NCBI GenBank assembly: GCA_964487115.1
Contig: CAZAPD010000098.1
Span: 1-20,820, forward strand
Source: an uncultured Thermococci archaeon
Lineage (GTDB): Archaea > Methanobacteriota_B > Thermococci > Thermococcales > Thermococcaceae
DNA: 20,820 bases
Direction: 5' to 3'
Shown here: positions 1 to 8,114 of the stretch, piece after piece
Layout of the letters: each line of letters begins with the position of its first letter
Position numbering within the stretch: the stretch's first letter is position 1
The notes under the pieces: model-generated
Told to the model about the DNA's origin: nothing
Seen by the model: the letters and a program-made list of their open reading frames with translations, nothing else
Databases searched by the model: none
Position numbers and translations under genes: made by a program

Positions 1-21
1 TCGAAAATTTTTCGAATAAAG

Positions 22-50
22 ATGTTCATTGATGAACATAGAGTTATATA
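22..50 (+). promoter_or_regulatory. Perfect 8-bp inverted repeat ATGTTCAT-TG-ATGAACAT just upstream of TATA box TTATATA
   Basis: IR at 22-29/32-39; TATA-like TTATATA at 44-50, about 33 nt before the ATG at 83. Confidence 0.55.
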
Positions 51-82
51 GTTCAATACATACTTTTTTCGGTGATGAGATA

Positions 83-1420
83 ATGGTAGCTAAGCCCAAT
101 GTTAAGGAACTACCCGGGCCGAAGGCAAAAGAAGTCATAAAGAAGAATTTTGAACTCTTAGCAACAACAACACAGGATCCAGAGACCCTTCCCATAGTCA
201 TTGACCATGGAGAAGGGATACTCGTTCATGACGTTGATGGGAACGTTTTCTACGATTTCGGAAGCGGTGTTGGTGTTCTGAATGTTGGCCACACCCACCC
301 GCGCGTCGTCGAGGCCGTTAAGAGACAGAGTGAGAGGTTCACTCACTTCGCCCTGAATGACTTCTTCTACGAGAACGCAATTATACTTGCTAATAAACTG
401 ACGGAACTTACCCCCGGAGACTTCCCGAAGAAGGTCGTCTATCAGAACAGCGGTGCCGAGGCAAACGAGGCCATGATGAAGCTCGTCAAGTACGGCAGCG
501 GCAGGAAGAGGTTCATCGCATTTTACCACGCCTTCCATGGAAGGAGCCAGGCCGTTCTCTCGCTTACCGCCAGCAAATGGGTCCAGCAGGACAGGTTCTT
601 CCCGACAATGCCGGGAGTTGAGCACATACCCTACCCGAACCCCTACAGGAACCCTTGGCACATAGACGGCTACGCCGAGCCGGACGAGCTCATTAACAGG
701 GTCATAGAGTTCATCGAGGAGTATGTATTCCGCCACGTCCCGCCCCACGAGGTCGGAGCCATAGTCTTCGAGCCGATACAGGGTGAGGGCGGCTACGTCG
801 TCCCGCCGAAGAACTTCTTCAAGGAGCTGAAGAAGTTAGCGGACAACTACGGAATCCTCCTCGCGGATGACGAGGTTCAGATGGGCGTCGGAAGGACCGG
901 GAAGTTCTGGGCCATCGAGCACTTCGACGTTGCCCCGGACACCATACAGTTCGGTAAGGCCATAGGCGGCGGAATCCCGCTCGCCGGTGTCGTCCACAGG
1001 GCAGATATAGCGTTCGACAAGCCGGGCAGGCACGCCTCCACCTTCGGCGGCAACCCAGTGGCAATAGCAGCCGGAATAGAGGTCGTTGAAATAGTCAAGG
1101 AGCTCCTCCCGCACGTCCAGGAAGTTGGAGACTACCTCCACAAGTACCTCAAGGAGTTCGAGGAGAAGTACGAGGTTATCGGCGATGCCCGCGGTCTCGG
1201 TCTCGCCCAGGCTGTCGAGATTGTCAAGAGCAAGGACACCAAGGAGAAGAACCCCAAGCTGAGGGACAGGATAGTCAAGGAGGCCGTCAAGCGCGGTCTT
1301 ATCCTCCTGGGCTGCGGTGACAACAGCATAAGGTTCATACCGCCATTAATCGTCCAGAAGGACGAAATAGACATGGCCATGGAGATATTTGCAGATGCCC
1401 TAAAAGCTGTCCTCAAATGA
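83..1420 (+). CDS. Class-III PLP-dependent aminotransferase, likely ornithine/lysine omega-aminotransferase (TK2101-like)
   Basis: Motifs [42 protein letters not shown] (PLP Lys), STFGGNP. Start moved to ATG 83 because of the SD GGTGA at 71-75. Sits near deoC/eno, as I recall for T. kodakarensis. Confidence 0.85.
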   Translation: MVAKPNVKELPGPKAKEVIKKNFELLATTTQDPETLPIVIDHGEGILVHDVDGNVFYDFGSGVGVLNVGHTHPRVVEAVKRQSERFTHFALNDFFYENAIILANKLTELTPGDFPKKVVYQNSGAEANEAMMKLVKYGSGRKRFIAFYHAFHGRSQAVLSLTASKWVQQDRFFPTMPGVEHIPYPNPYRNPWHIDGYAEPDELINRVIEFIEEYVFRHVPPHEVGAIVFEPIQGEGGYVVPPKNFFKELKKLADNYGILLADDEVQMGVGRTGKFWAIEHFDVAPDTIQFGKAIGGGIPLAGVVHRADIAFDKPGRHASTFGGNPVAIAAGIEVVEIVKELLPHVQEVGDYLHKYLKEFEEKYEVIGDARGLGLAQAVEIVKSKDTKEKNPKLRDRIVKEAVKRGLILLGCGDNSIRFIPPLIVQKDEIDMAMEIFADALKAVLK

Positions 1421-1429
1421 TCCCTCCAC

Positions 1430-1450
1430 TTCTTTTTTCAACCTTTTCTT
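1430..1450 (+). terminator. Oligo-T archaeal terminator of the aminotransferase gene
   Basis: TTCTTTTTTCAACCTTTTCTT starting about 10 nt after the stop codon. Confidence 0.5.
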
Positions 1451-1529
1451 GCATAATTACACATTCAGGTATGCAAAGACTTTTTAAATAAAAAGCTCAA
1501 GCTAAAACTTGAAAAATGGAGGTGATAAC

Positions 1530-2132
1530 ATGGGTGACCCCACTGAAGCACTTGTCCCATATGCAAAGTGGATACTCATGGGAATTACGCTCCTTTATCT
1601 CGCCTATGTGTATGCAAATAAGAACAAATTCAAACAGGCAAATACAGTGGCTATATCAGGCATAATGGCTGCTCTGGTTACTGTTGCAACCAACTTGATA
1701 AAAATAAACGTCGCTCAGACAGGAGGCTACTTAAACTTTGGGGATACTATGGTAATGTTTGCGGCTGTCCTATTCGGGCCTGCAGTCGGAGCCTTCGCTG
1801 GTGGAGTGGGCTCAGCCCTCGGTGATATTGTCGGAGGTTATGCAGGATGGGCACCGATAACACTTGTCGTTAAGGGTCTTGAAGGTTTAGCTGTAGGGTA
1901 TATCTCATCAAAAGGGAAGGGAGAATTTTCAATGATAATGCTTGCCACAATAATAGGCGGAACAATAATGGTACTCGGTTACTTTGTGGCGGAGATATAT
2001 CTCGTAGGACTTGCAAACGCTAAAGTTGAAATTCCTGTCAACATAACCCAAGCTGTCACAGGAGTAATAGTAGGCGGTGGTCTGGCATATATGATAAAAA
2101 GAGTGTATCCAGAGGTCGAAGACCTCGTTTAA
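1530..2132 (+). CDS. ECF transporter substrate-specific S component (COG4720/HmpT-PdxU2-like)
   Basis: Highly hydrophobic with about 6-7 TM segments; motif GGYLNFGD...FGP..GAFAGGVGSALGD...WAPITLVVKGLEG. SD GGAGGTGA before ATG 1530. Confidence 0.8.
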   Translation: MGDPTEALVPYAKWILMGITLLYLAYVYANKNKFKQANTVAISGIMAALVTVATNLIKINVAQTGGYLNFGDTMVMFAAVLFGPAVGAFAGGVGSALGDIVGGYAGWAPITLVVKGLEGLAVGYISSKGKGEFSMIMLATIIGGTIMVLGYFVAEIYLVGLANAKVEIPVNITQAVTGVIVGGGLAYMIKRVYPEVEDLV

Positions 2133-2137
2133 CTCAT

Positions 2138-2440
2138 TCAAACATCTATGCTCCTGAATTCCTCCCATATTTCCCTTTCCTTTAAGAAAGGTTCTATCGA
2201 CACTCTTCGTGATGCCTTTCTCATCTGTCCCAAATATTGAGAATCAGCTATAACAGCATCGTATTCAAGCTCATGCACCTCATAAACCGAGAGTTCACAT
2301 TCAGATATAAAATCTCGAACATACGCGAGAAACTTTGGCCCTACGAGGATTATGTCTGGATTAAGACCTTCTCTTGTTAATTCTTTTATGGCTGAACGTA
2401 TAAGCCCCTCAACGTCCTCTTTCGTTATTACCTCACTCAT
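2138..2440 (-). CDS. DUF1884 protein / family-4 encapsulin-like (A-domain-only) protein
   Basis: 100 aa; motifs [18 protein letters not shown] and [15 protein letters not shown] typical of DUF1884; overlaps the deoC stop by 8 nt. Confidence 0.75.
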   Translation of the reverse strand: MSEVITKEDVEGLIRSAIKELTREGLNPDIILVGPKFLAYVRDFISECELSVYEVHELEYDAVIADSQYLGQMRKASRRVSIEPFLKEREIWEEFRSIDV

Positions 2441-3104
2441 TGTGAGCTCCCTCCACTATCTTTACTCCGCTTGATGTACCAATTCTCGTCGCGCCTGCGT
2501 TTATCATAGCCACCGCCTGCTCGTAGGTTCTAATCCCTCCGGCGGCTTTAACACCCATCTCTGGTCCGACGACCTTTCTCATGAGCTTGACGTCCTCGAC
2601 GGTAGCTCCTCCCGTTCCAAAACCCGTTGAGGTCTTCACGAAGTGTGCTCCAGCCTCTTTCGCCAGTTCACAAGCTTTGATTTTTTCCTCCTCGGTGAGG
2701 TAGCAGATCTCAATGATGACCTTGACTTTGGCGCCTTTCTCATGAGCGACCTTGACGACCTCCTCTATATCCCTCTTAACATAGTCATAGTTCCCATCCT
2801 TCAAGGCACCGATGTTTATGACCATGTCCAGCTCATCAGCACCGTCTTCCAGAGCTTTCTTCGCCTCAAAGACTTTAACTTCAGTTGGCGTTGCTCCGAG
2901 GGGAAATCCTATGACACTTGCAACTTTAACATTTGCCTTCTTTTCCTCCAGATAGCTCTTGGCAAGCTTAACGCGATAGGGATTAACACACACAGCGTAG
3001 AATCCATATTCCATAGCCTCATCACAGAGCCTGGTTATGTCCTCCTTGGTGGCATAAGGCTTGAGGTTAGTATGGTCTATAAACTTTGCAATCTCGATTC
3101 CCAT
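2433..3104 (-). CDS. deoC: 2-deoxyribose-5-phosphate aldolase
   Basis: [33 protein letters not shown] (Schiff-base Lys), [16 protein letters not shown]. Start is ATG 3104 or GTG 3107. Confidence 0.95.
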   Translation of the reverse strand: MGIEIAKFIDHTNLKPYATKEDITRLCDEAMEYGFYAVCVNPYRVKLAKSYLEEKKANVKVASVIGFPLGATPTEVKVFEAKKALEDGADELDMVINIGALKDGNYDYVKRDIEEVVKVAHEKGAKVKVIIEICYLTEEEKIKACELAKEAGAHFVKTSTGFGTGGATVEDVKLMRKVVGPEMGVKAAGGIRTYEQAVAMINAGATRIGTSSGVKIVEGAHNE

Positions 3105-3482
3105 CACTATCCCCCATTAATAAAATATGTTATGAGGAATATTTAGACCTTTTCCCTCAAAAATGTGCATTTTCCAGAAAAATTTGGGGATATGGGAACT
3201 AATCCAAATCCCATCCTAAGATTATAGGGAATTTTTATTGACGCTGTATCATTTTACGGCTACAAAACTGACTGAATGACAGCGTTGTATATCTAAGAAA
3301 AGAGTTACATTTCCAGTGGAACCCGTGGAATGACAAAACAACAACTCAAACAAGAATAATTGTCTTTATGACATGATATATGGAGATTGTTTGACACAGC
3401 TTTCAGGAGACACCAACAACATATGCTAAACTAAATAAAAAGCTTTAAGAGATAAAAACTAACACCAGTCGAGGTGAATAAC

Positions 3483-4775
3483 ATGGAAGACCCGTTTGAA
3501 ATTACTGCCGTGTTGGCAAGGGAGATTCTGGATTCCAGAGGAAACCCAACGATTGAGGTTGAGGTTTATACCCCTATAGCCATGGGGAGAGCCGCTGTTC
3601 CGAGCGGCGCCTCAACAGGAACCCATGAGGCCTTGGAGCTTAGAGATGGGGGTAAGAGATATCAGGGAAAAGGCGTCAGAAGGGCCGTTGAAAACGTCAA
3701 CAAAATAATCGCACCTGAAATAATAGGAATGGATGTCACACTGCAGAGAGACATTGACATGCTGATGCTTGAGCTCGATGGCACGGAGAACAAGAGCAAT
3801 CTCGGAGCCAACGCAATTTTAGGAGTTTCTCTGGCTGTTGCCAAAGCTGCAGCCAATACACTTGGCTTGCCACTCTACCAGTATATAGGGGGAACCAACG
3901 CTTATGTCATGCCTGTTCCAATGAGCAACGTCATCAACGGCGGGGTGCATGCAGGTAACGAGTTGGACTTCCAAGAATTTATGATAATGCCAGTTGGAGC
4001 AGATTCCTTCAGAGAAGCGATAAGATGGGTTAGCGAGACTTATCATGTGCTAAAGAGCGTTATAGCAAACAAATATGGTAAAGATGCTGTTAATGTAGGT
4101 GATGAGGGTGGCTTCGCCCCACCGCTTAAGGAACCCCACGAGCCACTTGAACTCCTCATAGAGGCAATTGAAGAAGCTGGCTACAAGCCGGGTGACGAGA
4201 TAGCTTTCGCCATGGATCCAGCTTCAAGCGAGTTCTTCCATCCCGACATCAGTAAATACGTAGTCAATGGAAAGGAATACACAAGCGGCGAACTTCTCGA
4301 ACTTTATAAGGAGCTTATATCAACATACCCCGTGGTATCACTTGAAGACCCCTTCCACGAGGAAGACTGGGAAGGCTTTGTCATGATAACCAGAGAGCTG
4401 GGAGACAAGATACAGATAGTCGGGGATGATATATTCGTCACAAACCCGAAGAGGATAAGGAAGGGCATCGAGATGGGAGCAGCAAACGCACTCCTTCTCA
4501 AGGTCAACCAGATTGGAAGCCTTAGCGAAGCCATTGATGCAGCCTACACAGCCTATCGTGCAGGCTGGGGTGTTGTCGTCTCCCACCGCTCAGGAGAGAC
4601 TGATGACCCCTTCATAGCAGACCTTGCAGTTGCCATCAACGCGGGTCAGATAAAGACAGGGGCCCCCGCAAGGATGGATAGAAATGCCAAGTACAACCAG
4701 CTCATAAGGATAGAGGAAGAACTTGAGGGAGTTGCATACTATCCCGGAAGAAAGTTCCACAATCCATTTCTCTGA
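3483..4775 (+). CDS. eno: Enolase
   Basis: [57 protein letters not shown] before ATG 3483. Confidence 0.97.
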   Translation: MEDPFEITAVLAREILDSRGNPTIEVEVYTPIAMGRAAVPSGASTGTHEALELRDGGKRYQGKGVRRAVENVNKIIAPEIIGMDVTLQRDIDMLMLELDGTENKSNLGANAILGVSLAVAKAAANTLGLPLYQYIGGTNAYVMPVPMSNVINGGVHAGNELDFQEFMIMPVGADSFREAIRWVSETYHVLKSVIANKYGKDAVNVGDEGGFAPPLKEPHEPLELLIEAIEEAGYKPGDEIAFAMDPASSEFFHPDISKYVVNGKEYTSGELLELYKELISTYPVVSLEDPFHEEDWEGFVMITRELGDKIQIVGDDIFVTNPKRIRKGIEMGAANALLLKVNQIGSLSEAIDAAYTAYRAGWGVVVSHRSGETDDPFIADLAVAINAGQIKTGAPARMDRNAKYNQLIRIEEELEGVAYYPGRKFHNPFL

Positions 4776-4810
4776 TCCTCTTCAATTTTATTCAGAATGA
4801 AGGTGAGAAC

Positions 4811-5641
4811 TTGAAGAGGAAGCTTAAAATCTACATTCCCGGTATTAAATTCCCTTCAATCTCCCTAACAGGTAGCTACTGCTCCCTGAACTGCGCCCAT
4901 TGTGGGAGACATTACCTTGAAAGCATGCTCAAAGTCACCCGTTCTTCCCTGCTGGAAAAATGTCGAGAGATGGAAAAGGAAGGTCACAGCGGCTGTCTTC
5001 TAAGCGGAGGACTTGACAGCAGACTGAAGGTTCCAATTGACAGGTTTGCCAATGAAATCAAGGCTATAAAGAGTGAAACAAACCTTAAACTTAATACCCA
5101 TGTGGGCTTTATCGACGAAAGTGACCTCGAATGGATTAAATATGTTGATGTTGTCTCTCTTGACTTCGTTGGTGATGATGAGGTTATCAAACGTGTCTAT
5201 AAAATAGATAAAACCGTTAAGGACTATCTCAAAATTCTCGACCTGCTAACCGGAGCTGGCGTTAAAATCGCACCCCACATAACAATAGGCCTTGATTTCG
5301 GAAGGATATGGTGGGAGTACAGCGCTATAGACCTCATTCTCCAATATCCGATAGACGTTCTTGTTCTGGATGTATTAATCCCTACTAAAGGCACTGAAAT
5401 GGAGAGAATTAACGCCCCTGAAGTTGAAAAAAGCCTAAAAGTTGTTGAATATGCCAGGGGAAAATTTAACGGAGAGTTGAGCATAGGGTGCATGAGGCCG
5501 CGTGGAAGATGGCGGCTGGAGTTTGATAGAGGAGCTGTTCTAGCTGGAGTTGATAGACTCACAAATCCCCCCAGAAAAATTATCGAATGGTCAAAAACCA
5601 TCAGAGATGTTGAGATAATCTATGAATGCTGTGTTATGTGA
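4811..5641 (+). CDS. lipS1: Radical SAM protein, LipS1-type subunit of the archaeal two-component lipoyl synthase (TK2109-like)
   Basis: CSLNCAHC (CxxxCxxC), plus the GCMR motif and C-terminal CC (YECCVM) described for LipS1. TTG start with SD AGGTGA; directly downstream of eno. Confidence 0.75.
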   Translation: MKRKLKIYIPGIKFPSISLTGSYCSLNCAHCGRHYLESMLKVTRSSLLEKCREMEKEGHSGCLLSGGLDSRLKVPIDRFANEIKAIKSETNLKLNTHVGFIDESDLEWIKYVDVVSLDFVGDDEVIKRVYKIDKTVKDYLKILDLLTGAGVKIAPHITIGLDFGRIWWEYSAIDLILQYPIDVLVLDVLIPTKGTEMERINAPEVEKSLKVVEYARGKFNGELSIGCMRPRGRWRLEFDRGAVLAGVDRLTNPPRKIIEWSKTIRDVEIIYECCVM

Positions 5642-6176
5642 GCTTTCTGGTATAATAAGCCCCACTATTCCTCTGTAATAGCTTTCTTCAATCTCAACTT
5701 CAAAAGAGTCTCTCACAAGCTTGTGGGTATCCTAAGGGTGTCATCCTCTATCAGGAGTCAGAGAATAAGCTTTGCAGACTTTAAGAATAACTGGTTTAAA
5801 ATGCATGGATCACTCCTCGTGTACTCTAAGAAAATTGCTGCCTGATTTCAAACATAGCCTTTATCAGATTTGGAATTGTGCAGGAGACAAAAGAAGAGAC
5901 CACAGTCGTCTTTCCTCCTTTGGAGGGTTCGGATCAACTCCTCGCCAACAACGGTCAGAGTAAGAGGTTCCTCAAATCCCAGGATGTTGGGAGCATAATT
6001 TCTGAACACTGCACTCACCCTAAAGAACGGCTTGAAGAAGGGAGAAAAGTCAATTCAAGAACCTACTTCTGCATAACTCAAAGCTCTCCTTCTCAGAGGC
6101 TGAAAGAATCCATCCAAGAGAATTTCGAAATATCATGGACATCCGCAATTCTGACATACCTTTTCCAGTAGCTCAT
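5634..6176 (-). pseudogene. Degraded class I SAM-dependent methyltransferase pseudogene
   Basis: Manual minus-strand translation across frameshifts gives MSYWKRYVRIA / LLDGFFQPLRRRALSYAE / VLEL ... TTVVSSFVSCTIPNLIKAMFEIR / AAIFLEYTRSD...LIL*LLIEDDTLR / DTHKLVRDSFEVEIEESYYRGIVGLII / RKLT*. This matches the Methyltransf_11-like pattern (FDTVVSSFVFCTVPxPxxAxxEIxR, FLEH), with several frameshifts and an in-frame stop. Confidence 0.75.
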
Positions 6177-6235
6177 GAAAATGCATGATCATTATGGTTT
6201 AAAAACTCTTGAGCTCAACTTAAGCCGGTGAGAAA

Positions 6236-6871
6236 ATGGCATACTTAATTATCGAGCATCTCGAAGAGATAAGCGAGTGGCTCTGGCTGGAGTATGAACA
6301 TGCTAGCAAGTGGTGGAGAGATAAGCTGATATTCACTAATGTGCGAGAGGACGAGCGGGAAAAGCTTGCAAAGCTGGGGAGCGTTTTAACGGAGAGTGTT
6401 ACAAAGTTTCCCTTTGACCGCTCGAAAATCATCGTCCTCGACCTCCAGGCTGAGGAAGAACTGAAGCCTGAAGACATAGAAGAGGACACGATTATAGTTG
6501 TCGGAGGAATCCTTGGCGATGCAATTCCGAGAGGGAGAACAAAGGAATTCATAACCTCGAAGATGGAAGGCGTGAAAGTTAGACACATCGGTAAGCCGCA
6601 GTATTCAATTGATGGAGCCAGCATAGTGGCAAAACTGATTGCAGACGGCAAGAACTTGAAGGAAATAGAGTATGAGGATAATCCAACGATAAAGCTCGAT
6701 GATTTCAGTGAAATCACTCTTCATTATGCCGTTCCAAAGCTGAACGGAAAGCTTTTGCTTACGCCAGGGTTAATTGAATTGCAGAAGAGGAACCTTGGAT
6801 ATTTTGATTCTGATGAGGAAATTAGCAATGAAGAGCTTGGGGAGTTCTTTGAAGGAAAGGGTGAGATTTAA
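6236..6871 (+). CDS. Sfm1-like SPOUT-family methyltransferase (DUF431/COG2428)
   Basis: IIEHLEExxEWLxLEY, VLDLQAEEELKPED, VVGGILGDxxPRGRT, QYSIDGA; SD GGTGA. Confidence 0.75.
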   Translation: MAYLIIEHLEEISEWLWLEYEHASKWWRDKLIFTNVREDEREKLAKLGSVLTESVTKFPFDRSKIIVLDLQAEEELKPEDIEEDTIIVVGGILGDAIPRGRTKEFITSKMEGVKVRHIGKPQYSIDGASIVAKLIADGKNLKEIEYEDNPTIKLDDFSEITLHYAVPKLNGKLLLTPGLIELQKRNLGYFDSDEEISNEELGEFFEGKGEI

Positions 6872-6943
6872 AATTCCAAACCACGGAACACACTCCCAAA
6901 GTTTAAGAACCATTAACCTCCAAATTAAAAAGGGGTATTTTAC

Positions 6944-8110
6944 ATGAAGATAATAATTGTGGGCGCCGGAAAAACTGGCCGTAGAGTAGCAGCTCACCTC
7001 TCAGCGAATTATGACGTTGTTGTTATTGACAGGAACCCAGACATTGTCAATGAACTTAATTACTCGCTTGACGTCTTGGCTGTTGAAGGAGATGCTACAG
7101 TCCCAAAGACTCTCGAAAACGCCGGTGTCGAGAAAGCACACTATCTGATAACTACAACAGAAAGCGATCAGACAAATATAATCGTGTGTTCCCTTGCTAA
7201 AACCCTCGGAAATCCATTTACGGTTGCAAGGATTCACAATATGGATTATCTAACTGTTTGGGGAAAAAACAGAGAGGCACTGGGAGTCGGCCTCATGGTG
7301 TGCTCGATACCGCTGGTTGCTATGAGCATAGCGAATGTTATAGAATTTCCATCTCTGAGAATTCTAAGGAATATTTACGGTCCCCTTTACGTAGCTGAGG
7401 TTTCTCAAAAACCTAAGAACCTATGGTCTGTTAAAGTTGGGAACAGGCATATCATAATCGGAACCATGGAGGAGTTAAGGAGGACATTTAAACCTAAAAA
7501 ACCCCGGAGGGTTCTGGTCATGGGAGCCAGTGAAACAGGTGTCCTCGTTTCGGACTTCCTCCTCAGGAAAGGCTGTGAGGTAAAGCTGGTTGAGAAGGAT
7601 AGAGACAGAGCAGAGATGGCCTCGGAGTATCTTGATGATGCAACCGTTATCCTTGGGGATGTTTTTGACCCTATTCTCTGGGAAAAGGAGGCGCTTTATG
7701 ATGCTGAAGTTGCAGTTGTGGCCTTCAAGAGAGATGCGGACAATCTTTTTGGAGCATTGCTGGCACAGAAAATGGGTATAGGGAGAGTTTTTGCAAGAGT
7801 TCGTGAGGGAAGATTTACAGAACTCTTCGAAGATCACGGGATTACCGCCGTTAGTCCCGAAGTAGTAACCGCGGATAGAATCGTGATTGCCACACAGGAA
7901 AAAAACGTGCTCGGCATTGTGGCTGCAATTCCCGGAGTCAAAGTTCTTGCCCTAAAAGTCGATGACGAGCTGGCTGGGAAGAGCTCCAAAGATATTAAAG
8001 GAATTGTGGGTCCTATAATCCGGGACGGAGAGATTTTAATGCCAATGTCCGATAACATGAGCTTTCAGAGAGATGATGTCCTGACCTTAGTAGTTCCTGA
8101 GGAGGATTGA
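6944..8110 (+). CDS. trkA: Trk K+ transport NAD-binding gating subunit with tandem RCK domains
   Basis: N-terminal MKIIIVGAGKTG, VEGDAT, TESDQTN; second RCK-N VLVMGASETG...VKLVEKD; immediately upstream of trkH. Confidence 0.85.
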   Translation: MKIIIVGAGKTGRRVAAHLSANYDVVVIDRNPDIVNELNYSLDVLAVEGDATVPKTLENAGVEKAHYLITTTESDQTNIIVCSLAKTLGNPFTVARIHNMDYLTVWGKNREALGVGLMVCSIPLVAMSIANVIEFPSLRILRNIYGPLYVAEVSQKPKNLWSVKVGNRHIIIGTMEELRRTFKPKKPRRVLVMGASETGVLVSDFLLRKGCEVKLVEKDRDRAEMASEYLDDATVILGDVFDPILWEKEALYDAEVAVVAFKRDADNLFGALLAQKMGIGRVFARVREGRFTELFEDHGITAVSPEVVTADRIVIATQEKNVLGIVAAIPGVKVLALKVDDELAGKSSKDIKGIVGPIIRDGEILMPMSDNMSFQRDDVLTLVVPEED

Positions 8111-8114
8111 TTAT

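Noticed and set aside
29..82. Extended N-termini from the ORF track (also at 1509, 3474, 14734, 17323)
   Set aside because: SD motifs lie within these extensions or overlap the called start codon, indicating downstream starts
158..1416. Several minus-strand ORFs up to 196 aa
   Set aside because: Antisense to the high-GC3 aminotransferase; an expected artefact
4811..5641. Radical SAM gene as RaSEA (ArcS partner) or biotin synthase
   Set aside because: The GCMR and C-terminal CC motifs and the 276-aa size fit LipS1 instead
5772..6171. Plus-strand ORFs 5772-5963 and 5878-6171
   Set aside because: No SD or recognisable motifs; they are antisense to the methyltransferase pseudogene
6236..6871. 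Trm10 tRNA methyltransferase
   Set aside because: The EHLE/EY and GGILGD..PRGRT motifs fit the Sfm1/DUF431 SPOUT family better
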